64,000 bases of DNA from an uncultured virus (IMG/VR IMGVR_UViG_3300029258_003649) (lineage: Duplodnaviria; Heunggongvirae; Uroviricota; Caudoviricetes), in IMG/VR virus record IMGVR_UViG_3300029258_003649, one strand, 5' to 3'. A model generated the notes under the pieces. It ran no database searches. It was not told the DNA's origin and saw only the letters and a program-made list of their open reading frames with translations. Positions 1-9,150 of the stretch are shown piece by piece. Each line of letters opens with the position of its first letter. Position 1 is the first letter of the stretch. Position numbers and translations under genes: made by a program.

Positions 1-1
1 C

Positions 2-724
2 GGCATCAAGCCTGCTCCGATGGGTGCCTCTGGTGGATCGCCTGTGAAGCCTATCGCTGGCACGCAGAACGCCACGATGCTTGCAGGTGGCGGTACGCCG
101 AAGAACCAGGCCAAGACCGCTGGTTGTGGCCCGTACCCCAAGAAGCATAAGGGCAAAAAGAAGATGAAGAAGAAAGCAGACGAGGCGCTCTACTCACGCA
201 TGGGTCAACGTGCCATGCAGCCCGGTAAGGCATCGATGCGTCAGGCTGCCGCCATGCCCGGAGCGAAGTTGGGTGCTCCCTACGCACAGTTCATGCGTCA
301 GTGGGCCTCTGTGGCTCCCAGCGCCTCTGGCTCGGCCCAGATCGGTCAGGGAGGTCTTCGCAACCGTGCGATCAAGCAGTACGGCCAGAAGTACCCACAA
401 GCGCCTGGTTGGCACAACAAGATGCTCGAAGGCGACGTGGGCAACATGAATTCCATGCAGGCACGTCAGTTCGCCAATCAGCTCGGTGGGGCCATTGCTC
501 CGCATCAGCCAAAGCCGGGCTTGCAGGTACAACCTGCTGGCTTCCGCAAGACGTTTAGTGCTGACGGCGCCCAGAACAGCGTGATCGACGCCCTTGTGGA
601 CCTCATCAAGGAAGCTGCACTCCCCGGAGGTATCACGCCTCCCAAGCGTAAGCAGCGTCCCACGGCTGGTCCCCAAGTGACGATGCCCGGTGCAACCGGT
701 GCATGGACGCTCCTGCGAAGGTAG
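2..724 (+). CDS. Low-complexity virion-associated protein, 5'-partial (K-x-A motifs); possibly continuous with 703..2646 through a frameshift
   Basis: Frame is open from the window edge; G/A/P/Q-rich; motifs AKTAG, KKKAD, IKEAA. Confidence 0.6.
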   Translation, partial: GIKPAPMGASGGSPVKPIAGTQNATMLAGGGTPKNQAKTAGCGPYPKKHKGKKKMKKKADEALYSRMGQRAMQPGKASMRQAAAMPGAKLGAPYAQFMRQWASVAPSASGSAQIGQGGLRNRAIKQYGQKYPQAPGWHNKMLEGDVGNMNSMQARQFANQLGGAIAPHQPKPGLQVQPAGFRKTFSADGAQNSVIDALVDLIKEAALPGGITPPKRKQRPTAGPQVTMPGATGAWTLLRR

Positions 725-2646
725 CACCCGCGGCTCCGGCTCCCAAGCCACAACCGATGGGAATGCCCGCACCTGCACAGATGCCCAAGCCTGCGGCAAA
801 GCCTGCGGCAAAGCCTGCGGCTCCTGCCGGACTGCCGCCTGTGCAGGTTCCGCAAGCTCAACAGCGTCAGAGTGCGCTTCCTGCGGCCCCGCAGATGAAA
901 GCGCCCGTAAGTGGTGTCTACCAGGGCATCAACATGGCTCCGCCTGTGGCATCGCAACCACGTGCCCCAGCGGCCGCTCCGGCTCCGTCTCCGTCGACAG
1001 CGGCAGCCGGTGGTGCAGCCCCTGGGCGTACGCCGCAACCGGGCCAAGCTCCTGGGCCACGTCCACAGGATATCACCCAAGCGGATATCGACCATTTCCA
1101 CCGCACTGGCGACGTGAGTGCGTGGAGCAACATCTACCAGCCGCCCGAGCCGAAGGCAGACATCGACTGGTCGGGTGATGAGGCCCTGGCACGACAATAC
1201 GCTGCACAGTCCGCAGGCCGTAAGGCGCCGCAACGACAGAGCAGCGGTGAGCGCCCCGTGGCCAGCCAGGGTCTTGGCGCCCAGCTGTGGGATCCGTATG
1301 CCCGTGGCATCGAATCGGCCAAACAAACGGCCAGCGATGTCGGTGAGGCTGTCCAAGGTGGCGTACGTGCCTATGGTGAAGGTGCACATCAGGTCGGACA
1401 GGCCGTCGTCGGTGCTCCTGGCGCAGCAGCCGAGGCTGTCGGCGGTGCGGTCAAGGGTCAACTGGACCGTATGACCGGCGGAGAGCGTGCCCCGGCGTCG
1501 CAAGATGCACTCGGCCGCATCCGACAGGTCGGTGTGGGCAACCTGACGCCTGAACGCATGACTGCCATGATGAAAAGCGATCCTGAAGGCTTCAGACGAG
1601 CCCAACAGGCGCTCAAGGACTGGCAGGGCCTCAGTGCTGCAGAGCGGGCACAGTTCGGTGCCGACGCTCCACGTGCGCTCACAGAGGGCGGAGGCGTAGT
1701 CGACGCCACTGGACGCGCTCGAGTCTCGCCTACCGACGAGCTTGCGGCTTCCAACATGATGGAATCGCCTAGGAGCACCATCGACGTGGCTGACGCAGAA
1801 GCCCTGCGTGCCAATGCCCCTGGTGACGTGGCTGGCCTCGCTGCCAACCGCCGATCGGGAGCGCTGAGCTCGCCTGTTGACCAGCTCTCCGGCGACAACC
1901 CGTTCGGAACGGCCACGCCAGCTGCGGGTGAGAGCCTTGCAGAGGCAACTGGCCCCGGAGCACCCGCTGAAGCGATCGCTCGAAGCGGTATTCGTGGCCA
2001 GAGCGGTACGGAACGCTTCCAGGATTGGAAGAACATGCGGAACCAGATGGCTTCCCGTGATCCTGGCGGTGCTGCACCCGGCCGTTCGCAGATTGCGGCT
2101 GCGTTGCCTGCGATGGAAGGCCCGACCAAGGACGAGATTCAATCGGCCGGCGAAGGCCTCGTCGATACGTCCAAGGGCATCAGCATGCAAGAAGGGCTGG
2201 CCAAAGCCACGCGTGGCAAGCCCAAGGCACAGCCTGAAGCCAAGAAGGAAGAAGGCGCTGCTGGAGGCAAAGGCGAGAAGGGTGAAACACCCAAGGCGCC
2301 GCACCGCTTCAAAGAGCAGATGGACTTCTGGGACTCGGTGGCAAGCGGTGAGGTCGGCGGAAAGACCTCCCGTGGCAACACCATCACCGAAGGCATGAAG
2401 CGGCGTGCCGGTGACATGCAAAACTACTTCGCCCGCATGGGCCGTGAAGGAGACATCCGTCGAAATCGTCTCCAGGCCCGTGAGGATGCCGGTGCTCCTC
2501 TGAGCGATGCCGAGAACGCCTATTTGGCACGGCGTTCCCGTCAGGAGAGCCCCAAGGGCGATCCCAATACGTTCAACGCACAACGTGATGTGACCTCTGC
2601 CGACCAGCTGCGCCAGCTGGGCAAGATGCAGCAGGGTCTGATCTAA
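703..2646 (+). CDS. Pro/Ala/Gln-rich disordered protein, putative internal virion/ejected protein
   Basis: 647-aa ORF with native codon usage and no Cys; PAAK repeats; sits among K-x-A glycine-zipper genes; no clear SD at 703. Confidence 0.7.
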   Translation: MDAPAKVAPAAPAPKPQPMGMPAPAQMPKPAAKPAAKPAAPAGLPPVQVPQAQQRQSALPAAPQMKAPVSGVYQGINMAPPVASQPRAPAAAPAPSPSTAAAGGAAPGRTPQPGQAPGPRPQDITQADIDHFHRTGDVSAWSNIYQPPEPKADIDWSGDEALARQYAAQSAGRKAPQRQSSGERPVASQGLGAQLWDPYARGIESAKQTASDVGEAVQGGVRAYGEGAHQVGQAVVGAPGAAAEAVGGAVKGQLDRMTGGERAPASQDALGRIRQVGVGNLTPERMTAMMKSDPEGFRRAQQALKDWQGLSAAERAQFGADAPRALTEGGGVVDATGRARVSPTDELAASNMMESPRSTIDVADAEALRANAPGDVAGLAANRRSGALSSPVDQLSGDNPFGTATPAAGESLAEATGPGAPAEAIARSGIRGQSGTERFQDWKNMRNQMASRDPGGAAPGRSQIAAALPAMEGPTKDEIQSAGEGLVDTSKGISMQEGLAKATRGKPKAQPEAKKEEGAAGGKGEKGETPKAPHRFKEQMDFWDSVASGEVGGKTSRGNTITEGMKRRAGDMQNYFARMGREGDIRRNRLQAREDAGAPLSDAENAYLARRSRQESPKGDPNTFNAQRDVTSADQLRQLGKMQQGLI

Positions 2647-2670
2647 CACCCAACCAACGAGGATAATACG

Positions 2671-4350
2671 ATGCCAGATCCCATGGCCCTCGCTGCGAGC
2701 GAGAAAGACCTTGACGAGAAGGCCCAAATGGAAACGACGCAGAACCGCATCGTGGAGAAGGCGATGCGCAAACGTCGCAAGAAGCCTATCCAGAAGAAGG
2801 CTGCTGGGCTCAGTCAAACAGAGCAGATGGACATCATGAACCAGAACATCGTGGACCGTGCGCTCAAGAAGAAGCGCAAGGGTAAGTCCAAGAAGCGAGG
2901 TTCGGTCAAGAAGGTCGCTGCCGACTGTGCTGCACGGCTGCTCAAACAGGCCAATTTGGACTTCCTCAAAGATCCTGTCAATTTCATTCCAGGCAGCGCG
3001 GGTACGGGTGCACGCCGTGGCGGACTGATTGGTGCCGGTCTGCTCGGTGTCGGCGGAGCGTTGCATGGAGCGCTGGCTCCGGGTGAGGATGAAGAGGGTG
3101 AAGAGCGGAGTCGCCTCTTGGAAGCGCTGAAACGTGGCGCTGGTGGCGCACTCGCTGGCGGTGTCGGTGGTGCAGCTGCAGGCGCCGGGCTGGGTGCTCT
3201 GCACGGCCACGGTGTCAATAAGGGTTGGGGGACACGCCAAGGGACTGTCGACGCACTGGCGAATTGGGTTGAACGCCTAGAGAGTCAGCTCACTGACGCG
3301 AACAAACGTGGCGATAAATACTTTGACCAGCTGATGCGTGCCCAATACCCGAGCACCTTCCCGAAGGCTGGCACCGACAAGCAGGCCAATCTCCCAAGCC
3401 TTGTGTCCAACGTGCAGCAGAACGCCACGTACGGCCAATCAGCCCTCCAGGGGCTGCCCACGTCGTCTACGCTGCCCGTACGCACCGATTCAGGCAACGG
3501 CTGGAGTGATCGCAAGCCCGGCGGGCGTGAGAAGACCGCTGAGACGATCGTGCCCGGGCAGGGCCTGTCACAGGGCATCGACCTCGCCCCTGGCGTCGAC
3601 AGAAGCCAAATCAACGAGCAAGTGAAGGATATGCTCACTCCGGGCAACCTTGGCGCGCTCCTGGGCGTCGGCGGCGGCGTCGGCGGAGCCCTCGGCGGCT
3701 TTGGCCTCGGTGGCGGTCTTGGCGCACTGTACGGCGCACTGGCTCCCGGTGAGGACGAAGAAGGCAACCAACGCAGTCGACTGCGCCAGGCCGTCATGAA
3801 AGGCCTGATGGGCGCAGGCGCCGGCGGTTTGGTCGGTGGAACCGCTGGCGCACTCGCTGGCGGCGGAATGGGTGCCGGCATGGGCGACGCATTCCAAGCA
3901 AATCCCGAAGGTGCGAGCCAGGTGCTTCAGACGCACCCCGATAACATGGCTGCACCGCCTCCGGGCCAGAACAAGGTTATCGAGGCGATGTTGCCACCGG
4001 AATACATTGCAAACCGGCCGACGACCAACATGCTCAAGAACCTGTTGGCTGGTACGGCTGTCGGCGGCCTCGGCGGCGCAATGTACGGTGGCCTTGCTCC
4101 CGGGCGAGATGAAGAAGGCCGCGAGAACGACAGCCTCGTGCAAGCTGCCAAGTACGGCTTGCTCGGCGCTGGTGCCGGTGCGTTGGGCGGCGGCCTCTAC
4201 GGCAAAGCCCACGAAACTGGCGGAGAAGGCGGAGCGCTGGCGCTCGAAGACCTCGGCAAGAAGCATTGGCAGAAGAGCCAAGGTGGCCCCAATCCGTTGC
4301 CGCTGTTCGAACCATCGAGGGCGATCAGCCGAAATGACCGCTGGACATAG
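2671..4350 (+). CDS. Glycine-zipper protein with three GALAPGEDEEG-type repeats; putative ejection/membrane-inserting virion protein
   Basis: Three copies of G-x-[LM]-[HY]-G-x-LAPG-x-DEEG flanked by GxxxG runs; KKA, KVA, KQA (x2), KTA motifs; GAGGA SD. Confidence 0.7.
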   Translation: MPDPMALAASEKDLDEKAQMETTQNRIVEKAMRKRRKKPIQKKAAGLSQTEQMDIMNQNIVDRALKKKRKGKSKKRGSVKKVAADCAARLLKQANLDFLKDPVNFIPGSAGTGARRGGLIGAGLLGVGGALHGALAPGEDEEGEERSRLLEALKRGAGGALAGGVGGAAAGAGLGALHGHGVNKGWGTRQGTVDALANWVERLESQLTDANKRGDKYFDQLMRAQYPSTFPKAGTDKQANLPSLVSNVQQNATYGQSALQGLPTSSTLPVRTDSGNGWSDRKPGGREKTAETIVPGQGLSQGIDLAPGVDRSQINEQVKDMLTPGNLGALLGVGGGVGGALGGFGLGGGLGALYGALAPGEDEEGNQRSRLRQAVMKGLMGAGAGGLVGGTAGALAGGGMGAGMGDAFQANPEGASQVLQTHPDNMAAPPPGQNKVIEAMLPPEYIANRPTTNMLKNLLAGTAVGGLGGAMYGGLAPGRDEEGRENDSLVQAAKYGLLGAGAGALGGGLYGKAHETGGEGGALALEDLGKKHWQKSQGGPNPLPLFEPSRAISRNDRWT

Positions 4351-4359
4351 GACATTATC

Positions 4360-7300
4360 ATGACCACAACGAATCAGTCCGCTCCGCAGGGCTGGCCTGC
4401 CAGGCGCTCCACGCCAAACAGCCTGGCAGGTCACCCTGCTTCTTTCCAGAAGCAATCCGCAGAGCCGGTCACGGGTCTGCCGGGTGAGGAACGTGTGCGT
4501 CATTACATCGGTCCTAAGGGCCGGCCGCGGAGCATGGCATATCAGATGCCAGAGGCGCCGCCAGCGCCGCCAGCGCCCGATATGAATGCGTTCCAACATG
4601 CGGGCCAAGCTGGCAAAAAGGTGTTCGACGCGTGGCGTAACGAATGGAAAGCAGCAGCCAGACCTATGGGTAAGTACTACTTTGGCCCATGGCAGTCGTT
4701 GGGCAGACGTGTCGGGTTGCTCGACAAACGTGGGAGCGACTTGGAGAAGCAAGCGGTCCTCGCCGCCCCGGCGTTGGCGGCCGTCGCTGGCGCTACGCCC
4801 CAACGGACTGGCTACAAGGCTGACGAGAACATCTCGCCGATGTGGGAAGGCACCAAGGCCTTCTTCCAGCCGTGGAACTGGCACAAGAACACCACCAGGC
4901 GTCCAAGCACAGCCGGGCGACCCCCGGCGGAGCAAGGGCCTGAGATGGCCGGTGGCGGGCTGTTCACGACGCTCAACGAGTGGTCTGACCTCCACAAGGA
5001 ACAAGGTGGCTCCGCTCCCGGCGGAATGCCCGTGCAGAACAAAGGTATCGCCGGCCGGATCGGTTCGTTCGGTCGTGGCGCTACCGGTATGATGGGCGGC
5101 GCTGTAGGCAACGTCCTTGGTGGCGTCGGAGAGCTTGGTGGACGTGCAACTGACTGGACCGGCCTCACCGAGGGCTGGGGAGAAGGTGCAGCCGCGTTCC
5201 GTCGACCCTACCAGGAAGCACAGAGCCGTGGAGCGTTCCAAGCGCTCAACCCGAGCTCGAGAGCGCTCGACGACTACATGGAGAGCACCGGAGCGTTCGC
5301 AGAAGGTGCTGAACGTGGTGGACAGGGCGTTACGGACATCATCAACAAGTCAGAGGCGCCTGAGATCGCCAAGTTCCTTCCGCGGCTCGGACGTGAGGCA
5401 CACCACGTCGCCGGGACGATGGCTCCGTTCGCTGCGCCCTTTGCACGCATGCCTGCAGCCGGTCCGTTGGCCGGCCGGTCGCTTGGACCATCCCTGACAC
5501 AGCTCGGGCCGACGTTCCTGACGCAGTTCGGCAGCGGTCTCGTGGATGAACCGCTCAGCCGTGCGGTCGGCGGTGATACTTTGTACCCGTATGGCGACCC
5601 AATGCAACAGATGGAAGGCAACATGAGCCTCGATCAGGCCCGACGGTTGCAGAATGAGATCGAAAGCCGCAACCAGCTCCTCCAGGAGGCGTATCCCGAC
5701 ACGCATCCCGGCTACATCGACCAGTTCAACCGTGACGACGTGCTGGGCGAAGCGTACAAGGGCAACATGCCACGAGGCGGGTTTGCTGGTGCCGGCGATA
5801 CGACACCGGACGCTCCGGCTGAAACCCCTGCCGAGCCGCAGGGCGTGATGGACAAGGTCCGTGGCTTCGCCGGTGACGTCAAGGAGAAGGGCAGCGAAGC
5901 ACTGGCACAAGGCACTGAAGCGGCCAAAGGACTGTGGGACAAGTATCAGGCGCTGGACCCCAGCATGAAGTACGGCATCCCGGCAGGCATCGCAGGCTTG
6001 CTTGGATTGGCATACCTTGCATCTCGTGATAACGAGGAGGACCGAATGGGTAAGTACGGAACCGACTGGTATGCCGTGGGCATGAAGAAAGCCGCTGGCA
6101 TCTTTGACGAGCTGGACTCGCCGCAACGTCCGAGTGTGTTTGAACCGCCGCAACGTCCGAGTGTGTTTGAGCCCGGGAAGGGCAGCATACTCGACATGGA
6201 GAGCTATACGAGCGGCTCGCCGCTCAACATGGACAACTTCTCGACACAGTCCAAGCCGATGCCCGGGCAGCCAGGCAAAGCGGACATCCAGGGAGGGTTT
6301 GGGGGAGGGCCAACGCCAGCCCCTCAGCCAGCTCCGCAGCCGGCACCGCAGCTGGCACCGCAGCCGGCACAGCCTCAGGCGCCCCAGCAGCCCCAGGCGC
6401 AGCCTCCAGTTCAGCAGGCCCAAGCACCGGCTCAGCCGCAGCAAGCGCCGCAGCAGCCCGCACAGGCGCCCCAGCAGCCCCAGGCGGCCCCTCAGCCGCA
6501 GCAACCGGCTCCGCAGCAGCCTCAACCGGCCCCGGCAGCCCCCCAACAGGGTGCCCAGCCGGCTCCGCAGGGCCTGCAAGAGCCCGAGGTGACCGTTCCC
6601 GGCACCAATCAGGTCGACGTTGGTTTGGGGGAGATCCCCTACGCACGTCCCGAAACTGGCGTGCAGTTTGTCGACGACAATCTGCTTCAGCCGGAGTGGG
6701 TTGACCAGCAGATTCCGAACATTCTGCAGAGCTACGAGCAGGCGGCAGCCGGCGGAGCGACGGAAGAGCAGCTCATGGAGCAGTTCAGCCCGCAACTCGA
6801 GCCAATCATCAAGCACGGCGTGGCCATGAAGGCCCAGAACGCCCTCGAGAACGGTGCACTTGATCCCTCAGCCGCTGAGCAGTGGTCTGCCGACGAGCTT
6901 GCACGCCTTGCCGACGACAACCTCACCGCCGACGACGTGGAACAGCTGTTCCCGGAGATCGCCAAAGAGATGGGCGTCGATCCGGCCCAGGCAACACAAG
7001 ATCCAGGCATCTTCGGAACGATCCTCAACACGCTGGGCCAGATGAACTGGGGTCAGCGGATCGGTCTCGGCCTCGGTATCGGTGCGGCGATCGGCGGTCT
7101 TGCCTACACGCTGATGGGCAAGGGCGGAATGATGGGCATTCTGACCTCCGTGCTCGGTCTGGGCGGCATTGCAGCCTCTCTGGGCGCCTTTGGAGGCGGT
7201 GGGCCTCTTGAAGGGATGTTCGGCGGGATCGGTGGCCTCTTTGGTGGCGGTCAAGAGGGCGGTGGTCCTCCTGCAGCGGCCGGAGATGCTGCCGCGGCTT

Positions 7301-7731
7301 CGCCTGCCGCGGCGCAGGCCGACGCAACCGTGCAACAGCAGGCCGCAGAGGGTGCCGGCACAGGCAATCCGCCGGCTGCAGCCGATCCGTCGGCCCCGGG
7401 CGGCGCGTTGGAAGGCCAGCCGGACATGGGGTCGTATCCGCCGGAGATCATGGCAGCGCTGGAAGACAACCAGATTTCTCTGGAGGAGCTGCAGGGCTTC
7501 GACAAGGAGATGCTGCGGAAGCTGCCGCGCGCACAGCAGGTGAATCTGATCAATCAGGCCGATCCGGAGCTGCAGGGCAGTTTGAAGCAGCTCGGAGGCC
7601 TCAATTTGAATCCGGGCACGTTCGACGTCCCTGGACAGATCGCACTTGGCGCCGCTAGAGCCAAGTCTGGGCTGGGCAACGAAGATCTGGCGTTGATACA
7701 GAGCCTGTACAACGAAGCACAGAAGTCGTAG
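4360..7731 (+). CDS. Large glycine-zipper, Pro-Gln-rich virion-associated protein (putative polyprotein)
   Basis: 1123 aa, no Cys; hydrophobic GxxxG segments; PQ-rich tract ~6310-6570; motifs KQS, KRG, KQA, KYG, KKA. Confidence 0.7.
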   Translation: MTTTNQSAPQGWPARRSTPNSLAGHPASFQKQSAEPVTGLPGEERVRHYIGPKGRPRSMAYQMPEAPPAPPAPDMNAFQHAGQAGKKVFDAWRNEWKAAARPMGKYYFGPWQSLGRRVGLLDKRGSDLEKQAVLAAPALAAVAGATPQRTGYKADENISPMWEGTKAFFQPWNWHKNTTRRPSTAGRPPAEQGPEMAGGGLFTTLNEWSDLHKEQGGSAPGGMPVQNKGIAGRIGSFGRGATGMMGGAVGNVLGGVGELGGRATDWTGLTEGWGEGAAAFRRPYQEAQSRGAFQALNPSSRALDDYMESTGAFAEGAERGGQGVTDIINKSEAPEIAKFLPRLGREAHHVAGTMAPFAAPFARMPAAGPLAGRSLGPSLTQLGPTFLTQFGSGLVDEPLSRAVGGDTLYPYGDPMQQMEGNMSLDQARRLQNEIESRNQLLQEAYPDTHPGYIDQFNRDDVLGEAYKGNMPRGGFAGAGDTTPDAPAETPAEPQGVMDKVRGFAGDVKEKGSEALAQGTEAAKGLWDKYQALDPSMKYGIPAGIAGLLGLAYLASRDNEEDRMGKYGTDWYAVGMKKAAGIFDELDSPQRPSVFEPPQRPSVFEPGKGSILDMESYTSGSPLNMDNFSTQSKPMPGQPGKADIQGGFGGGPTPAPQPAPQPAPQLAPQPAQPQAPQQPQAQPPVQQAQAPAQPQQAPQQPAQAPQQPQAAPQPQQPAPQQPQPAPAAPQQGAQPAPQGLQEPEVTVPGTNQVDVGLGEIPYARPETGVQFVDDNLLQPEWVDQQIPNILQSYEQAAAGGATEEQLMEQFSPQLEPIIKHGVAMKAQNALENGALDPSAAEQWSADELARLADDNLTADDVEQLFPEIAKEMGVDPAQATQDPGIFGTILNTLGQMNWGQRIGLGLGIGAAIGGLAYTLMGKGGMMGILTSVLGLGGIAASLGAFGGGGPLEGMFGGIGGLFGGGQEGGGPPAAAGDAAAASPAAAQADATVQQQAAEGAGTGNPPAAADPSAPGGALEGQPDMGSYPPEIMAALEDNQISLEELQGFDKEMLRKLPRAQQVNLINQADPELQGSLKQLGGLNLNPGTFDVPGQIALGAARAKSGLGNEDLALIQSLYNEAQKS
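6121..6170 (+). repeat. Tandem duplication with 27-nt period (PQRPSVFEP x2)
   Basis: ccgcaacgtccgagtgtgtttga at 6121 and 6148. Confidence 0.85.
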
Positions 7732-7743
7732 ACCATCGGTCCG

Positions 7744-7800
7744 CCGGGCCAGTTCGTGGACGGTTTCCCTTCCTTTACGTCCACGGCTGGTCCGGTTTAT
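7744..7800 (+). terminator. Long imperfect stem-loop after the virion gene block, possible terminator
   Basis: ccgggccagttcgtggacg (7744-7762) pairs with cgtccacggctggtccgg (7778-7795), followed by tttat. Confidence 0.5.
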
Positions 7801-7810
7801 ACTATAGGAC

Positions 7811-7910
7811 ATGGAAAAACGCTGTTGGAAATGCAAGAAGACGAAGCCTGCGTCGGAATAGAGTAGAGGTGCTGGAAGCCGCTATCACTTATCTCAAGGA
7901 CACACAATGA
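7811..7910 (+). pseudogene. Internally deleted endonuclease VII-type (HNH) gene relic
   Basis: MEKRCWKCKKTKPASE* followed in the +1 frame by NRVEVLEAAITYLKDTQ*; these match the termini of the intact EndoVII at 63015 (MKTCRECRNTKPATQF...PERLGRAIAYLE). Confidence 0.7.
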
Positions 7911-8524
7911 ACAAGGCTCTTATCGCCGTTTTGGCTGCCGTGTTCCTGATGTCCCAGGGGGTTGCCGGAGTCGCACCACAGCCGAACATCGAAATCAAAC
8001 CACCGGGAATCGAGAAGGCCCAGCCAGTACAGGACGACGACTCGTGGGACTGCGGCTACGGCGGCACACCACAATGGGTAGAGACCGGCCTGGAGACCGA
8101 GGTCGACAAGCCGGAGGTTCCTGTCGAAGGCCCAAATACCCATGTGTGCGTGACCGTGCTCTGGTGGGCTGTTCCCGACCACGAAGAACACTGCCACATG
8201 TGGTATAACGACTGCCACTGTTCTTCGTGCATGGACTACTGCTGCGAGGCTCCCGGATACGTCATGTATTCGGTTGAGTTCAGGAGCGAGACCCCGCTGG
8301 GGGTGGTTTTCTACAAACAGATCGGTATGATTGACCAGCGGATCGCCCGAGAGGGCTACGGCCAAGAGGAATGGTCGACGACCAACGAATGGTCGTGCAG
8401 AGGGAAGAAGGGCGTAACGGAATGCCCATACGAAGCCATCCGCTCGATCGTCGAAGAGCAGCTTGGCTTCGAGGTGAATGAAATTGAGATCCTGTGGAGA
8501 GGTGTTGATGAGGACGGATACTAA
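7907..8524 (+). CDS. Secreted Cys-rich hypothetical protein
   Basis: Signal peptide MNKALIAVLAAVFLMSQGVAG; AAGGA SD. Confidence 0.75.
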   Translation: MNKALIAVLAAVFLMSQGVAGVAPQPNIEIKPPGIEKAQPVQDDDSWDCGYGGTPQWVETGLETEVDKPEVPVEGPNTHVCVTVLWWAVPDHEEHCHMWYNDCHCSSCMDYCCEAPGYVMYSVEFRSETPLGVVFYKQIGMIDQRIAREGYGQEEWSTTNEWSCRGKKGVTECPYEAIRSIVEEQLGFEVNEIEILWRGVDEDGY

Positions 8525-8729
8525 GTGTCGAGGGTGTTGTGAAGAGGACCTTCTTCCAGTACAGACAATTCACTACGACCCAGTAACTCGAGAGGTGGTG
8601 CTGCCCGGCGCGGAGCTGGCAGCAGCGTTGGACAATCCGCCTCCGGCATTCTTTGACATCAGCTCGGTGTTTGCACCGGCTGACCGGTATGCATGGGAGA
8701 ACGCCCATGACAAAACAAGACTGGAATGA
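8508..8729 (+). CDS. Hypothetical protein
   Basis: GAGGT SD; overlaps upstream stop. Confidence 0.5.
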   Translation: MRTDTKCRGCCEEDLLPVQTIHYDPVTREVVLPGAELAAALDNPPPAFFDISSVFAPADRYAWENAHDKTRLE

Positions 8730-8796
8730 CTGGTTCGTACGCATCCTGCTTTGGATCGTCGTGATCCTTGGCTTACTGAGGGCATTTCTACGATGA
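8707..8796 (+). CDS. Small single-TM protein (29 aa, MTKQDWNDWFVRILLWIVVILGLLRAFLR)
   Basis: Manual translation; GGGAG SD; ATGA coupling to next ORF. Confidence 0.55.
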   Translation: MTKQDWNDWFVRILLWIVVILGLLRAFLR

Positions 8797-8882
8797 CGTT
8801 CGAAGACAAACTCGAAATCGGCCTGGGTGTTATCCTAGGCGTCTGCATGCTTGTTCTGGGGGTAGCCGTACTCGGAAGCTAG
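8793..8882 (+). CDS. Small single-TM protein (29 aa, MTFEDKLEIGLGVILGVCMLVLGVAVLGS)
   Basis: Manual translation; ATGA overlap with the previous ORF. Confidence 0.55.
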   Translation: MTFEDKLEIGLGVILGVCMLVLGVAVLGS

Positions 8883-8891
8883 GAGGCAAGG

Positions 8892-9089
8892 ATGTCTCTG
8901 CAGCGCATAGTGGGCGTAGTTATGATCGCCTGCGGTCTTGGCGTGTGCATGTTCTCATGCTTCATGCCGCCGGGTATTCCCGCTTGTAATACGACGTTTG
9001 CGGCGTTTCTCCTCGGCGGCGTCGGTGCAGCTCTTGCACAAGAAGCGGAAAACAGGTCGCAGAAGAAGTCTGCCAAACATCGGCGATAG
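8892..9089 (+). CDS. Small two-TM membrane protein
   Basis: AGGAGG SD; two hydrophobic segments. Confidence 0.65.
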   Translation: MSLQRIVGVVMIACGLGVCMFSCFMPPGIPACNTTFAAFLLGGVGAALAQEAENRSQKKSAKHRR

Positions 9090-9150
9090 CTGCTATCATG
9101 GATAGTGCGCTGGACCGATGGTTGGACCAAGTCTTCTCAGGAGAACAATC

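Noticed and set aside
505..3240. 911-aa minus-strand ORF and other long antisense ORFs (3568-5241, 5350-6816, 34907-37234, 55099-57051, 61697-62950)
   Set aside because: Shadows of + strand genes in high-GC, codon-biased DNA; no motifs, and the real genes are co-oriented on +
6300..6580. cag/ccg-rich repetitive DNA considered as a CRISPR array or VNTR
   Set aside because: Degenerate Pro/Gln/Ala codon repeats within a CDS; no constant repeat with unique spacers
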